A stretch of DNA of 64,000 nt from Candidatus Spechtbacteria bacterium RIFCSPHIGHO2_02_FULL_43_15b. Its GTDB lineage: Bacteria; Patescibacteriota; Minisyncoccia; Spechtbacterales; HO2-43-30. The position numbers and the translations under genes are program-made. The stretch covers positions 1,088 through 65,087 of the forward strand of contig MHOE01000013.1 of the NCBI GenBank assembly GCA_001819985.1. Direction: 5' to 3'. The notes beneath the pieces are model-generated. The model had not been told where the DNA came from. It did not search any database and saw nothing but the letters and a program-made list of their open reading frames with translations. Every line of letters begins with the position of its first letter. Positions within the stretch are counted from its first letter, which is position 1. This document shows, one piece after another, positions 10,453-21,072 of the stretch.

Positions 10453-10797
10453 TTACATCTTGACTTCTATATCCACTCCCGCAGGCAAATTCAAATCCAT
10501 TAAAGCATCTATAACTTGAGGGGACGGATTTACGATATCCACTAATCTCTTATGGATTCTCATCTCGAACTGCTCGCGCGCGTCCTTATGAACGAACGAA
10601 GATCTGTTAACTGTGTATTTGTGCGTCTCCGTAGGCAGAGGCATTGGACCATGAACTTCCGCGCCATAACGCATCGCCGTATCCACTATCTGACGCACGC
10701 TTGAATCAATCACTTTGTGGTCGTATGCCTTTATTTTTATCCTGATTCTTGTCTGAACCTGCGGATCTTCTTTTTTTGTTGCTGTTTTTGACGGCAT
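10453..10797 (-). CDS. rpsJ: 30S ribosomal protein S10
   Basis: [10 protein letters not shown]; GPMPLPT; [11 protein letters not shown]. Confidence 0.98.
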   Translation of the reverse strand: MPSKTATKKEDPQVQTRIRIKIKAYDHKVIDSSVRQIVDTAMRYGAEVHGPMPLPTETHKYTVNRSSFVHKDAREQFEMRIHKRLVDIVNPSPQVIDALMDLNLPAGVDIEVKM

Positions 10798-10852
10798 TTT
10801 CCGTTAATTTCCAGCGAAGCCGCATTAAAACACGGCAAAAACCGGTAAATTT

Positions 10853-12049
10853 TTAAACAAATATCTTAGTAACAACACCCGCTCCAACAGTTCTGCCACC
10901 TTCTCTTATAGCGAATCTCTGCTGCTCTTCCAAAGCCACCGGAACTCCCAATTTGATTTTTATACTTACCGTATCTCCGGGCATAACCATTTCTGTTCCC
11001 TCTGGTAATGTAACATCTCCCGTAACATCGGTTGTTCTTATGTAGAACTGCGGCTTGTAACCAGTGAAGAATGGGGTGTGTCGTCCGCCCTCTTCTTTGG
11101 ATAAAACATAAACTTCCGCATCGAATTCAGTATGAGGAGTAACACTTCCGGGTTTAGCAACAACCTGGCCTCGCTCAACATCCTCTTTCTTCAAACCTCT
11201 AAGCAAGACCCCAACATTATCTCCAGCAAGACCCTCGTCCAGCATCTTGTTGAACATTTCAATGCCGGTAATTGCTGTCTTTTGAGTTGGCTTTATTCCA
11301 ATTATCTCTATATCTTCTCCGGTCTTTATCTTTCCGCGTTCTACTCTTCCAGTAACCACTGTTCCTCGTCCCTCAATTGAAAATATATCTTCAACCGGCA
11401 TAAGGAAGGGCTTTTCCGTTTCTCTTTTTGGAACTTCAAAATACTCATCAAGCGCTTTCATCAATTCTCCCATTGGTTTTACGGCATCCTCCTCCGCGGA
11501 TCCGGCCTGCAGAGCCAGAAGCGCAGAACCTTTGATTATGGGGATTTTCTCTCCATCAAATTCGTACTTCGAAAGAAGCTCTCTTACCTCCGCCTCCACT
11601 AACTCTATAAGTTCGGGGTCATCTACCTGATCCACCTTATTCAAGAATACTACGATGTTTGGAACTCCAACTTGTCTTGCCAAAAGAATATGCTCTCTCG
11701 TTTGGGGCATTGGACCGTCTGCCGCGGAAACCACAAGAATAGCGCCGTCCATTTGAGCGGCTCCGGTAATCATGTTTTTTATGTAATCCGCGTGACCCGG
11801 AGCATCTATATGCGCGTAGTGGCGTTTTTCTGTTTCGTATTCAACATGAGCCAATGCTATCGTTATCCCTCTCGCCTTTTCTTCCGGCGCGGAATCTATC
11901 TGATCCACTCCTTTATCCGAAGCACGAAAACCCTTTAATTTTGCATACTTTAAAATAGCGGCAGTTAATGTAGTCTTACCATGGTCAACGTGGCCTATCG
12001 TGCCTACGTTAATATGCGGCTTTGTTCTCTCAAATTTTTCTGTTGCCAT
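10853..12049 (-). CDS. tuf: Elongation factor Tu
   Basis: [18 protein letters not shown]; [13 protein letters not shown]. Confidence 0.99.
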   Translation of the reverse strand: MATEKFERTKPHINVGTIGHVDHGKTTLTAAILKYAKLKGFRASDKGVDQIDSAPEEKARGITIALAHVEYETEKRHYAHIDAPGHADYIKNMITGAAQMDGAILVVSAADGPMPQTREHILLARQVGVPNIVVFLNKVDQVDDPELIELVEAEVRELLSKYEFDGEKIPIIKGSALLALQAGSAEEDAVKPMGELMKALDEYFEVPKRETEKPFLMPVEDIFSIEGRGTVVTGRVERGKIKTGEDIEIIGIKPTQKTAITGIEMFNKMLDEGLAGDNVGVLLRGLKKEDVERGQVVAKPGSVTPHTEFDAEVYVLSKEEGGRHTPFFTGYKPQFYIRTTDVTGDVTLPEGTEMVMPGDTVSIKIKLGVPVALEEQQRFAIREGGRTVGAGVVTKIFV

Positions 12050-12256
12050 GATTTTTTATCTATAGCTTATTGACTTTCTGGATTCTTAGGATTTTCATAA
12101 AAAACCAGAAAATAAAAAGCATTGTTTATTTATCGAAAATTATATTAATTACATGAATACTATATGGAATAAAATTTATAACACCAGTTTAATTTTTAGC
12201 AAAATACAGCCAACTAGTCAATACCTTGCATTGATTACGCATAAAACTAAATGCGG

Positions 12257-12586
12257 TTAAAACGGGAGGTCTTCTATTCTTATACCGCTCTCATTGGAAT
12301 TTTCTTGGGCTGAATTTGCGCCTGTTGAATTGCTTGCGTTAGCGCCCATATCTTGCCTTTTCTGTTCTCCGCTCTGGAAATTATCCCTCGAATGAAAACT
12401 ATTTACATCACGATTATTCATTGTATAATCCTCATCTTTCTTGTAATTTATGCTAATGGATTTCTCGAAAGACCGCAAGTGTTGATATTCTTCAAATGTC
12501 AAAACAACATAAGACGGCTTGCCGTCCTCAACAACTATAATGCGCTCGCCCTCCTTGCTTATTAATTTTTTGATTGAGTTAAACAT
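12257..12586 (-). CDS. Hypothetical protein: Phd/YefM-like N-terminus, disordered linker, C-terminal IEDLPF
   Basis: ERIIVVEDGKPSYVVLTFEEYQHL matches the Phd/YefM pattern; starts 10 nt after the fusA stop. Confidence 0.7.
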   Translation of the reverse strand: MFNSIKKLISKEGERIIVVEDGKPSYVVLTFEEYQHLRSFEKSISINYKKDEDYTMNNRDVNSFHSRDNFQSGEQKRQDMGANASNSTGANSAQENSNESGIRIEDLPF

Positions 12587-12596
12587 ATCCTAAAAT

Positions 12597-14702
12597 CTAC
12601 TTTTTACCTTCTATTATTTCTTGGGCCACATTAGATGGGACATCTTGGTAATGGCTGAACTCCATAGTATAAGACCCGCGCCCCTGGGTCATCGACCTTA
12701 GATTCGTAGCATACCCAAACATATTTGCCAAAGGCACTTTAGCTGAAATTGTTCGCATACCGCCCCTTTCGCCCATCTCCTCTATTGACGCGCGCTTAGA
12801 CGACAAATCACCGGTCACATCGCCTAGAAAATCTTCCGGAATAATGACTTCCACCTTCATTATGGGTTCAAGTAGCACTAATTTTGCTCGCCGCGCGCCT
12901 TCTTGAAAAGCAATTGATCCCGCTATCTTAAACGCAGCTTCTGAAGAGTCCACTTCGTGGTAAGACCCGTCGTATAGAGTTGCCTTCAAATCTATAACCC
13001 TGTATCCGGCAAGCACTCCCTTCTCCATGGCCTCTTTTATACCCTTCTCGATTGCGGGTATGAATTCCTTCGGAATTACGCCTCCCCTTATTTGATCCAC
13101 GAATTCAAACCCGGCCCCCCTTTCCAGTGGCTCAATTTTCACCCAAACATGGCCGTACTGCCCCCTTCCTCCCGACTGCCTTATGTATTTTCCTTCAGCT
13201 TCCGCTGTCTCTTTCACGGTTTCCCGGTAAGCCACTTGCGGCTGACCGACGCTCGCCCCAACCCTGAACTCTCTCAACATCCTGTCCACGATTATTTCCA
13301 GATGAAGTTCTCCCATGCCGGATATTATGGTATCACCGGTCTCCTGATCGGTTTGCACCCTGAAAGTAGGATCTTCTTCCGCTAATCTGTGAAGCGCAAT
13401 TCCCATCTTTTCCTGATCGCTTTTTGTTTTTGGCTCAATTCTTATGGATATTACCGGCTCCGGAAAAACTATTTTTTCAAGCACTATCCTATAATCCGGA
13501 TCGCAAATAGTATCTCCGGTAGTTGTCTTTTTTAACCCGACAGCCGCTCCAATCTCCCCGGAATATATGGTATCCACCTCCTCTCTTTGATTCGCATGCA
13601 TTCTTACAATTCTGCCAACCCTCTCTTTTTCGCCCGTTGTCGTGTTTAACACATAAGAACCTTTATCTAATGTTCCCGAATAAACCCTAAAGTAAACCAG
13701 CTGACCGATAAAAGGGTCGGTAGCAACCTTAAAAGCTAAACCGGCAAATTTTTCGTCGTCCCTCGACTCACGAATAATTTCTTCTCCGGTTTTAGGGTCT
13801 TCTCCGGTTATAGCTGGAACATCTATCGGGCTAGGGAGGTAGTAAATAACAGCGTCCAAAAGCAACTGCACTCCTTTATTTTTTAAGGCCGAACCGCAAA
13901 ATACTGGGACCACAGTATTGTTTATTGTACCCTTGCGAAGCGCGGATCTTAAATCTTCCGTAGCGATTTCCGCGCCATTTAAGAATTTTTCAGTTAAAAG
14001 ATCGTCTTGCTCCGCTATTCTTTCTACTAATTTTTCTCTTGCCGCCTTTGCTTTTTCTTTCATATCTTCCGGCACTTCCGATTCTTCGATTTTCTCGCCG
14101 TTTTCACCTGAAAATCTGTATGCCCTAAGTTCCAGCAAATCAACAACTCCTTCGAATGTCGATTCAATACCTATGGGGATCTGCGCGGGGATAGCATTTG
14201 GAGTTAAGCGATCAAGAATGGACTTATAACTTTTCTCAAAATTCGCGCCCATTCTGTCGAGCTTATTTATGAAACAAATCCTAGGCACTTTGTATTTATC
14301 CGCTTGATGCCATACCGTTTCCGACTGTGGTTCAACGCCCGCGACTCCATCGAATACAACAACACCGCCATCAAGAACGCGCAGGGATCTTTCCACTTCC
14401 ACGGTGAAATCTACATGCCCCGGAGTGTCTATTATATTGATTCTATATTTATTGACTTTATCCGTCTTTGGAAATCTTGTTGGAGTCCAAAAACAAGTTG
14501 TTGCCGCTGAAGTTATGGTTATACCCCTTTCTCTCTCTTGTTCCATCCAGTCCATTATCGCTTCGCCCTCGTGAACTTCGCCTATGTGGTGTGAAATTCC
14601 GGTGTAAAATAAAATGCGCTCGGATACGGTTGTTTTCCCGGCGTCGATGTGGGCAATAATGCCTATATCGCGATTTTTCTCTATTGGGTATTCTCGCGGC
14701 AT
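12597..14702 (-). CDS. fusA: Elongation factor G
   Basis: [21 protein letters not shown]; GMGELHL. Confidence 0.99.
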   Translation of the reverse strand: MPREYPIEKNRDIGIIAHIDAGKTTVSERILFYTGISHHIGEVHEGEAIMDWMEQERERGITITSAATTCFWTPTRFPKTDKVNKYRINIIDTPGHVDFTVEVERSLRVLDGGVVVFDGVAGVEPQSETVWHQADKYKVPRICFINKLDRMGANFEKSYKSILDRLTPNAIPAQIPIGIESTFEGVVDLLELRAYRFSGENGEKIEESEVPEDMKEKAKAAREKLVERIAEQDDLLTEKFLNGAEIATEDLRSALRKGTINNTVVPVFCGSALKNKGVQLLLDAVIYYLPSPIDVPAITGEDPKTGEEIIRESRDDEKFAGLAFKVATDPFIGQLVYFRVYSGTLDKGSYVLNTTTGEKERVGRIVRMHANQREEVDTIYSGEIGAAVGLKKTTTGDTICDPDYRIVLEKIVFPEPVISIRIEPKTKSDQEKMGIALHRLAEEDPTFRVQTDQETGDTIISGMGELHLEIIVDRMLREFRVGASVGQPQVAYRETVKETAEAEGKYIRQSGGRGQYGHVWVKIEPLERGAGFEFVDQIRGGVIPKEFIPAIEKGIKEAMEKGVLAGYRVIDLKATLYDGSYHEVDSSEAAFKIAGSIAFQEGARRAKLVLLEPIMKVEVIIPEDFLGDVTGDLSSKRASIEEMGERGGMRTISAKVPLANMFGYATNLRSMTQGRGSYTMEFSHYQDVPSNVAQEIIEGKK

Positions 14703-14852
14703 AAATTTAATAACATGAACTATTTGTAAATCTGCGCAAATCCTGATTTACCCAAAAATCTCCTTAATCGAAACGGCACAGTATGCCGACTCGATTAATT
14801 TTGAAAATAATATTTTGTGAAAAATCCAAGAGTTTCATATTCCATATTATTG

Positions 14853-15320
14853 TTACCAAGAAAAATGCGCGAAGGCTCTGTTAGCATGCGCCATTTTGTG
14901 AGTATTCTCTTTCTTCTTGACCGCTTCTCCCTCATTCTTTGAAGCCGATATTATCTCCTCGGCCAACTTAACGGCCATTGTCGCTCCTTTTCGAGATCTG
15001 GCCGCTTGTATCATCCATCTTAACGATAAATTCAGGCGCCTGTCGCCTTTTACCTGTTTTGGAACCTGATAATTCGCTCCTCCGATTCTCCTCGATTTCA
15101 CTTCTAGCATGGGAGATGTATTCTTTATGGCTTCATCAAAAACATCCAGCGGCTCTTGTTTTGTTTTTTCCGCTATAATATCGAACGCGTCATAGATTAC
15201 ATCTCTGGCTACGCTTTTCTTGCCATCCCACATTACATAGTTTATCAATCGAGAAACTACCACATTGTTATACTTATGGTCTGGCATTAATGTTCTTTTT
15301 GGCGCTGGTTTTCTTCTCAT
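14853..15320 (-). CDS. rpsG: 30S ribosomal protein S7
   Basis: EVKSRRIGGANYQVP; HKMAHANRAFAHF. Confidence 0.98.
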   Translation of the reverse strand: MRRKPAPKRTLMPDHKYNNVVVSRLINYVMWDGKKSVARDVIYDAFDIIAEKTKQEPLDVFDEAIKNTSPMLEVKSRRIGGANYQVPKQVKGDRRLNLSLRWMIQAARSRKGATMAVKLAEEIISASKNEGEAVKKKENTHKMAHANRAFAHFSW

Positions 15321-15323
15321 AGA

Positions 15324-15734
15324 TTATTTAGGTGTTTTAGCTCCGTATTTACTTCTTCCCTGACGCCTTGCCTCGACTCCGGAAGAATCCAATACGCCCC
15401 TTACTATATGGTATCTAACGCCGGGTAAATCCTTGACTCGCCCTCCTCTTATTATAACTACGGAGTGCTCCTGAAGATTATGCCCTTCGCCCGGTATGTA
15501 AGCGGTAACTTCCATGCCGTTAGTTAATCTGACTCTGGCTATTTTTCTTAATGCCGAGTTTGGTTTTTTTGGCGTTGTTGTCCTTACGCTAATGCAAACT
15601 CCTCTCTTGAAAGGCGACCAGTATTTCTTTGGCCTGTTTTTAATAGTGTTGAAACCAAAAGCCAAAGCAGGCGATTTTGTCTTTTTGCGCGCCTTTCTTC
15701 TGGGATTTTTGATTAGCTGATGAATAGTCGACAT
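15324..15734 (-). CDS. rpsL: 30S ribosomal protein S12
   Basis: [13 protein letters not shown]; [12 protein letters not shown]; start moved to MSTIHQL. Confidence 0.98.
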   Translation of the reverse strand: MSTIHQLIKNPRRKARKKTKSPALAFGFNTIKNRPKKYWSPFKRGVCISVRTTTPKKPNSALRKIARVRLTNGMEVTAYIPGEGHNLQEHSVVIIRGGRVKDLPGVRYHIVRGVLDSSGVEARRQGRSKYGAKTPK

Positions 15735-15932
15735 TAGATAACTCGCATCCAGTATGAATATTTCCAATGTTTCATACTTTGAGCTTTATGTTTTTATGAA
15801 TGTAATCTAGCAAAATACAAAGTCGATGTCAATAAACTAAATCGCTAATATGCCAATTTAGTTAGCTCTAACATTCCACTGATGTTGGCAAATTAAAATT
15901 CGACTTTTAGTCGAATTTCATAACTTATTAAT

Positions 15933-16730
15933 TTATTCAGTAAATTTCACGCCCCTACACCCAACCGCCAACCTTGCCATTAAATACAAAAACAGATGCT
16001 TTACGCTTCCTCCCGCTGTGCGCACTTCCGACCAGACGAGTCGCAAATCCGGCAAAGCTACTTTCCAAATAAAAAAACCCGCGATCAAAACTGCTATTAA
16101 AGCCATAAATAAAACAACGGCCCATGATATAAATGTGTAAAAATCCTCTATTGTTAAATGTGCCGCCCTCTCTTTGGCGCCGGAAATTATAACCTCTGCG
16201 AATCCCGAAACAACAATTGCCACTGTTATCATCGCAAGCGATATCAATATTAAAACCGCGGGTCCTATGGGTTGACTGCCGAAAAACACCACCCCTTTCT
16301 TCGTTATGGATATCCGAGAACCCATAAGCCAAAGAAGTAAAGCCAAGAGAATCCAAATCGCCCACACAAATGGCATCATAAACAGCGAGTGGAAAAATAA
16401 CGCCCAGTACTCGCATTCACTTCGGACTTCGGATACTTTTTCCTCTTCCAAGTTAAGGTTTATCCACTTGATAAATTTGTAGTGCCACGAACTCTTCCGT
16501 ATCACTACATCTGATCTTGCCGCATTCAGAGATTTCTGTCTTAAGTTCGAAAATGATATTCCTAAAACTCCGCAAACGCATACGATCATAATTAAACCCG
16601 CCAAACTCGAGACAGTAATCAATATCCATGCATCAATTGGCACTTTATACATGTAAAAAACAAACGCTGCCACCAAAAACGATACGCAAAAAATAAAGGT
16701 CTTGACAAATCGGCGCGTTAGCATAGCCAC
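15933..16730 (-). CDS. Hypothetical multi-pass membrane protein
   Basis: About 5 hydrophobic segments; SD AAGGAG upstream; hairpin aaattcgact/agtcgaattt just downstream. Confidence 0.7.
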   Translation of the reverse strand: MAMLTRRFVKTFIFCVSFLVAAFVFYMYKVPIDAWILITVSSLAGLIMIVCVCGVLGISFSNLRQKSLNAARSDVVIRKSSWHYKFIKWINLNLEEEKVSEVRSECEYWALFFHSLFMMPFVWAIWILLALLLWLMGSRISITKKGVVFFGSQPIGPAVLILISLAMITVAIVVSGFAEVIISGAKERAAHLTIEDFYTFISWAVVLFMALIAVLIAGFFIWKVALPDLRLVWSEVRTAGGSVKHLFLYLMARLAVGCRGVKFTE

Positions 16731-16866
16731 ATCTCCTTATTTAACTCTAGTGCCTGTCGTATGGTAATATAAATTTTGCGTTATGTCAACAGGGCCAAAC
16801 ACTTTACAAAAAATTCAAATATGGTATAATACTTTCTAGAAACTTACTGACACTTGAGGAGGTTCT

Positions 16867-17280
16867 GTGAGGACCGCGTACACCGCATACGATATTACAT
16901 TTTTCCAAGAGGCGCGACGGGCGGCTCAAAACTCCTCGATGCGAAAACTCGTTGGAGCGGTCGTAGTTTCTCGGGGTAAACCCGTGGGTACAGCTTTCAA
17001 TCGCGTTGGGAGTGCGAAACTCTTTTTTGGAGGGAGAACATTTATTTCTCCGTTTTCCCGACACGCGGAAATCCGTGCGGTCATACAAGCCGGGATTTCA
17101 AATATAAGCGGATCCACACTTTATGTGTGGAGAAATACCAAGGACGGAACGCCCGCTTTGGCGCGACCATGCGGTAATTGCATGGCGATACTCCAAATCC
17201 TTGGAGTAAAGAGGGTGGCGTATACTACGAACGCTCATCCCTTTTATGAAGTAGAGGCGATACCAAAAATACCGAGCTAA
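16867..17280 (+). CDS. Zn-dependent cytidine/dCMP deaminase-family protein
   Basis: HAE...ARPCGNC motif; VGAVVV; SD GAGGAGG before GTG; TATAAT upstream. Confidence 0.88.
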   Translation: MRTAYTAYDITFFQEARRAAQNSSMRKLVGAVVVSRGKPVGTAFNRVGSAKLFFGGRTFISPFSRHAEIRAVIQAGISNISGSTLYVWRNTKDGTPALARPCGNCMAILQILGVKRVAYTTNAHPFYEVEAIPKIPS

Positions 17281-17514
17281 AACTCGGTATTTAATTTGAG
17301 ACCGTTTTATTTCAGGTGCATTAGAATGCACTTTTTTGTTGCTCTATCTAGATTACTTAATCAATTAACATATTAAACTGGGTATTATGAACAAAAAAAT
17401 GTAATCCCAACTGCCCGATATGCGATAGTAACAAAACAGTTAAGCGAGGAATGGGATAAAAATAAAAAAACTTGAAACTTGAGCAATAAAAAAGGAGCTA
17501 TTGCTCCTAAAATA

Positions 17515-17922
17515 TTAGGCCCTTAATCCTTCTCTGAAATTTTCTAGTTTTATTGTTTCTGAAAATTTACCTTCTACTAGGAATGGCTCCCCAGATTCTT
17601 TATTCCAAACGATATCGTACAAATCATTCAAGGGATGCTCCTTCGGATTAGCGTCTGCATCAGTAAGATACCCGTCTTCTATGATAACGGCCCCATTACT
17701 ATCAAGTATTTTGCCACTTCGTGCAAACAGACAACCAACGAAATTTCTAAATTCAACAGTGCAAGCCAACGCCCCATCTTGTTTGTAGAATTCAAAGCGT
17801 TGTGTATTTATTATATCGAATTGTCTTGGGTCAGATCTTTCACTACTAACTCTTCGCCAATGTAAACCCAAAAGAGCAGATATGGTATTTTCAGTCGCAC
17901 TAAGAACTTGCCTTGATTTCAT
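17515..17922 (-). CDS. Hypothetical protein
   Basis: 135-aa ORF with SD AAGGAG and TTGACA upstream. Confidence 0.6.
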   Translation of the reverse strand: MKSRQVLSATENTISALLGLHWRRVSSERSDPRQFDIINTQRFEFYKQDGALACTVEFRNFVGCLFARSGKILDSNGAVIIEDGYLTDADANPKEHPLNDLYDIVWNKESGEPFLVEGKFSETIKLENFREGLRA

Positions 17923-18084
17923 ATTTCTCCTTTTAGATTACCCATACCTTGGGCTGTTCCATTACTATATCGACTATTAAAACCTTGTCAAGTTTTTGCA
18001 AAATTTACCAAAAAATTTAAGAGAAGAAAATACTTAAAAAACACCGGAAACAAAACGGATTTATTTAATTTCCTAAAAAATTTG

Positions 18085-18735
18085 CTAACCCATCCCCGTA
18101 ATAAGGCGAAATAGAAAAATTACAACCGGCATCAACGAACTAAACAAAAAAACGGCAAAAAACAAAGCTAGAATAAAGCCATACTGCGAAAGCATAGCTT
18201 TTATATGTTCGAGGTGCGGGGGCAAAACAGCAAAAAGCAATTTCGAACCATCGAGAGGAGGAATCGGCATTAAATTGAAAAGTCCAAGTATTATATTTAC
18301 AAGCACAATCGTCACCAGTGCCTCAACCATTGCCGCAAGCATCGGAGTTTGTCCTTCCGCTATGCCAGCCAGCACTCCAACCGGCATAAACCTTAAGGAA
18401 AGGCCAAACACTAATGCTATAAGAAAATTCGATGCCGGTCCCGCAAGTCCAACATATACAGCTCCCCATTTTTGGTCGCGTAAATTGTATGGGTTGTACG
18501 GAACGGGCTTTGCCCACCCGAAAGCTTTGCCCACGGTGAGCACTAAAATCAAGGGTATCACGACAGAACCCATGGGATCTATGTGTTTTAAGGGATTTAG
18601 CGTAAGTCGTCCTTCGTCTTTAGCGGTAGAGTCCCCCTGCCACAACGCAACTAATCCATGAAAAAATTCGTGAATTGAGGCGGAAAACAATACTATGACT
18701 ATCCATAAAACTATATTTTGGATTCCTTGGTCCAT
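18085..18735 (-). CDS. Site-2 protease (peptidase M50)
   Basis: HEFFH; GRLTLNPLKHIDP; NLMPIPPLDG; start moved to MDQGIQ to avoid overlap with rpmB. Confidence 0.93.
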   Translation of the reverse strand: MDQGIQNIVLWIVIVLFSASIHEFFHGLVALWQGDSTAKDEGRLTLNPLKHIDPMGSVVIPLILVLTVGKAFGWAKPVPYNPYNLRDQKWGAVYVGLAGPASNFLIALVFGLSLRFMPVGVLAGIAEGQTPMLAAMVEALVTIVLVNIILGLFNLMPIPPLDGSKLLFAVLPPHLEHIKAMLSQYGFILALFFAVFLFSSLMPVVIFLFRLITGMG

Positions 18736-18773
18736 ATTGCAAAAAATTAACGAATGCGCTACTATTTGAATCA

Positions 18774-18992
18774 ATGAATAAAAATAATAAGCAGTGTCCG
18801 CTATGCGGAAAACAATCTCAACTTGAATGGAAACGAAAATTACTTCGCGGTAATTATAACCCGACGCATAAAGTGCGTAAATACCCAAATCTTCAATGGG
18901 TCAAATTAACATACGACAAACAGGGCTTGAAAGCCGGTTCTCGAATAAAAGCGTGCGCCAAATGCATAAAAGCGCTATACAAACCCCGATAA
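18774..18992 (+). CDS. rpmB: 50S ribosomal protein L28
   Basis: CPLCGK...RKYPNLQW...ACAKCIK. Confidence 0.85.
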   Translation: MNKNNKQCPLCGKQSQLEWKRKLLRGNYNPTHKVRKYPNLQWVKLTYDKQGLKAGSRIKACAKCIKALYKPR

Positions 18993-19064
18993 GTCCTTTT
19001 TGTAGAATAGCGCGATTAGTACTATAATTAGTTATAGTATTTTTTTATAGAAACGAATCAAAAA

Positions 19065-19139
19065 CGGGCTGTAGTACAACGGTCAGTATGCAAGGCTGGG
19101 GGTCTTGCGATTTGGGTTCAATTCCCAGCAGCCCGACCA
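19065..19139 (+). tRNA. tRNA-Pro(GGG)
   Basis: CGGGCTG acceptor stem pairing with CAGCCCG-ACCA; anticodon loop CT-GGG-GG; T-loop GTTCAAT. Confidence 0.93.
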
Positions 19140-19200
19140 AGTTAGACATTGAGAGTTTCTATAACTATTAAACGGATGCGGAAACATATATAATAAACCC

Positions 19201-21000
19201 GTGGGAGAACTAAACGAACAATCTAAATTTGAAATACAGCCGGTTGTCGAACAAGAACCTTTTCAAAACCTCGCGGTACAAGGGTTTTTTGCAAAATGGT
19301 GCGAGATTAACGACTCCATTACTCCTAAAATAATCAGCCGCGAGGCATGGGAGCAAAGACGCGAAGAAGGCGTATTGGAAAAAACACCAGACCAAGACAG
19401 CAAACGAACTCTGTATCTGCCTATAGATTTGAAGCTGTGGGAAATGGTTGGCGTAGTTGAAGCCGTTGATCATGACACATTCAAGACAAAACCGGAACGA
19501 CAAAATGAAAAAAGAGACAAACTTCTAGCGTTAGGTAAACTTTTTCAAAACTCCGGCATATATATCGCTCAACGATTGGATTCGATTGAAGACGGAAAAA
19601 AAATTGCTGGCGCGCTTGCCGAAGAATTCTACGATTACGGACTCTCGCTAGGCACTGGAAAAAAAGCAGAAACTACGACTAACCTTAACGATATCGCGTC
19701 AAACAGTTTAACGCCCGAAGAAACTCAACAAGCGGACCGTTTTCTTGCCGGGAAAAATCTCTACGCGTCAAGACAAGCACGGGCTGAAAAAGCAAGCGGG
19801 TCTGATCCGGCAAAGCAAGACGAGATTTATGAGGCCGAACGGCAAAAAACCCTATCTCAATTTTTCGGAGTGGCTCAAAATGCTTTTGAGTTAAAACAAA
19901 GAACGGAAAATCTTGAACAGAAACCCGCCGCTAGCGGTCTGAAGCCCTGGCAAAGCAATACGCCTATTCATAACGCTTTCTTGGAAAAAATTGAACGGGC
20001 TATGATAAAAGAGGTGGAAGCTCCAAAAAATGAGCTTGTCGGTTCGATATTCCGCGGAGCATTGCCGAAACTGATTAGCGATATGCGGGAACAAGGGTGG
20101 AAACGCGGTGTCAATTCCCTTTTTGAAAAATTAGGTATAAATTTTTCAGTTGAGCAAAGAAAAATCGCAGATGTGTTGAATATCACTCAACTAAAAACCG
20201 AGCTGGAAAATATCCGCGAGTCGAAAAATCTGGATACAATCTCCGCAAAAGAACGGGAAATTGCCGATAAAATCCAGAAAGCGGTCGGCAGTTTTCCATA
20301 CAATAAAAGTCACGGTAACAACCCCGCGGAAATTGTCGCGAACCAATACATCAACTGTGTCGGTGCTTCAACCCTCGGCGGCGCGCTCATGAAAGAAGCG
20401 GGTCTTGATTACTTAGTGGGTGATGTGCCTCACCATTCTATTTTATTTCTCGTCACAAGCGACGGTCATATTGAACATAGAGATATGCTCGACAAAGGAC
20501 TAAAATCTAATAAGGAATTAACCGACAAAATGATAGTCGGAAAGAAAAAAGATGGCTCGCCCCTTGCCGTCGCGGATATTGAGGCATTCAGTCGCGATCC
20601 CAAACCAGAAGGTCTGGTCTTTGATATTCAAGAAGAAGGTCCTGACTATCTAAACAAAATCCCCTGGATTAAGGAGGTGAGAAGGCAATATGTAACGGTT
20701 TTTGAACCGGAATACGGCCAACAAATTCAAATACTGGGCAATACGGGCGGCGCTCTTTACGATCTTGGCCGCTACGAGGAAGCGGCTGAATTCTTTCGAC
20801 AAGCGGCGGCTCTTAACCCCAAGGCTTCCTTTATTTACTACCTGTGGGGCGATGCTCTTTCCGCTCTCAACCGCCACGAGGAAGCGGCTGAAGCGTACCA
20901 AATATTTATTGATCTAGCAAACAGACAAAGAGGTCGTTTATCGATGAAAATTCAGATAAAACATGCTAGAGATAAAATAGCTAGATTAAAAAGTAAATAG
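19201..21000 (+). CDS. Hypothetical protein with transglutaminase-like Cys/His core and C-terminal TPRs
   Basis: INCVGAS...PHHSILF...HRD; TPR-like GGALYDLGRYEEAAEFFRQA and GDALSALNRHEEAAEAY. Confidence 0.7.
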   Translation: MGELNEQSKFEIQPVVEQEPFQNLAVQGFFAKWCEINDSITPKIISREAWEQRREEGVLEKTPDQDSKRTLYLPIDLKLWEMVGVVEAVDHDTFKTKPERQNEKRDKLLALGKLFQNSGIYIAQRLDSIEDGKKIAGALAEEFYDYGLSLGTGKKAETTTNLNDIASNSLTPEETQQADRFLAGKNLYASRQARAEKASGSDPAKQDEIYEAERQKTLSQFFGVAQNAFELKQRTENLEQKPAASGLKPWQSNTPIHNAFLEKIERAMIKEVEAPKNELVGSIFRGALPKLISDMREQGWKRGVNSLFEKLGINFSVEQRKIADVLNITQLKTELENIRESKNLDTISAKEREIADKIQKAVGSFPYNKSHGNNPAEIVANQYINCVGASTLGGALMKEAGLDYLVGDVPHHSILFLVTSDGHIEHRDMLDKGLKSNKELTDKMIVGKKKDGSPLAVADIEAFSRDPKPEGLVFDIQEEGPDYLNKIPWIKEVRRQYVTVFEPEYGQQIQILGNTGGALYDLGRYEEAAEFFRQAAALNPKASFIYYLWGDALSALNRHEEAAEAYQIFIDLANRQRGRLSMKIQIKHARDKIARLKSK

Positions 21001-21072
21001 GTGACGCGGCATAATTGTATCTCGTTTACGCTCCAAGTTTTGGCTTCATACGGGCAAAAAGTTCACGCTTGC

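Noticed and set aside
26-15720. Numerous plus-strand ORFs over ribosomal genes
   Set aside because: Antisense shadows of well-identified minus-strand genes
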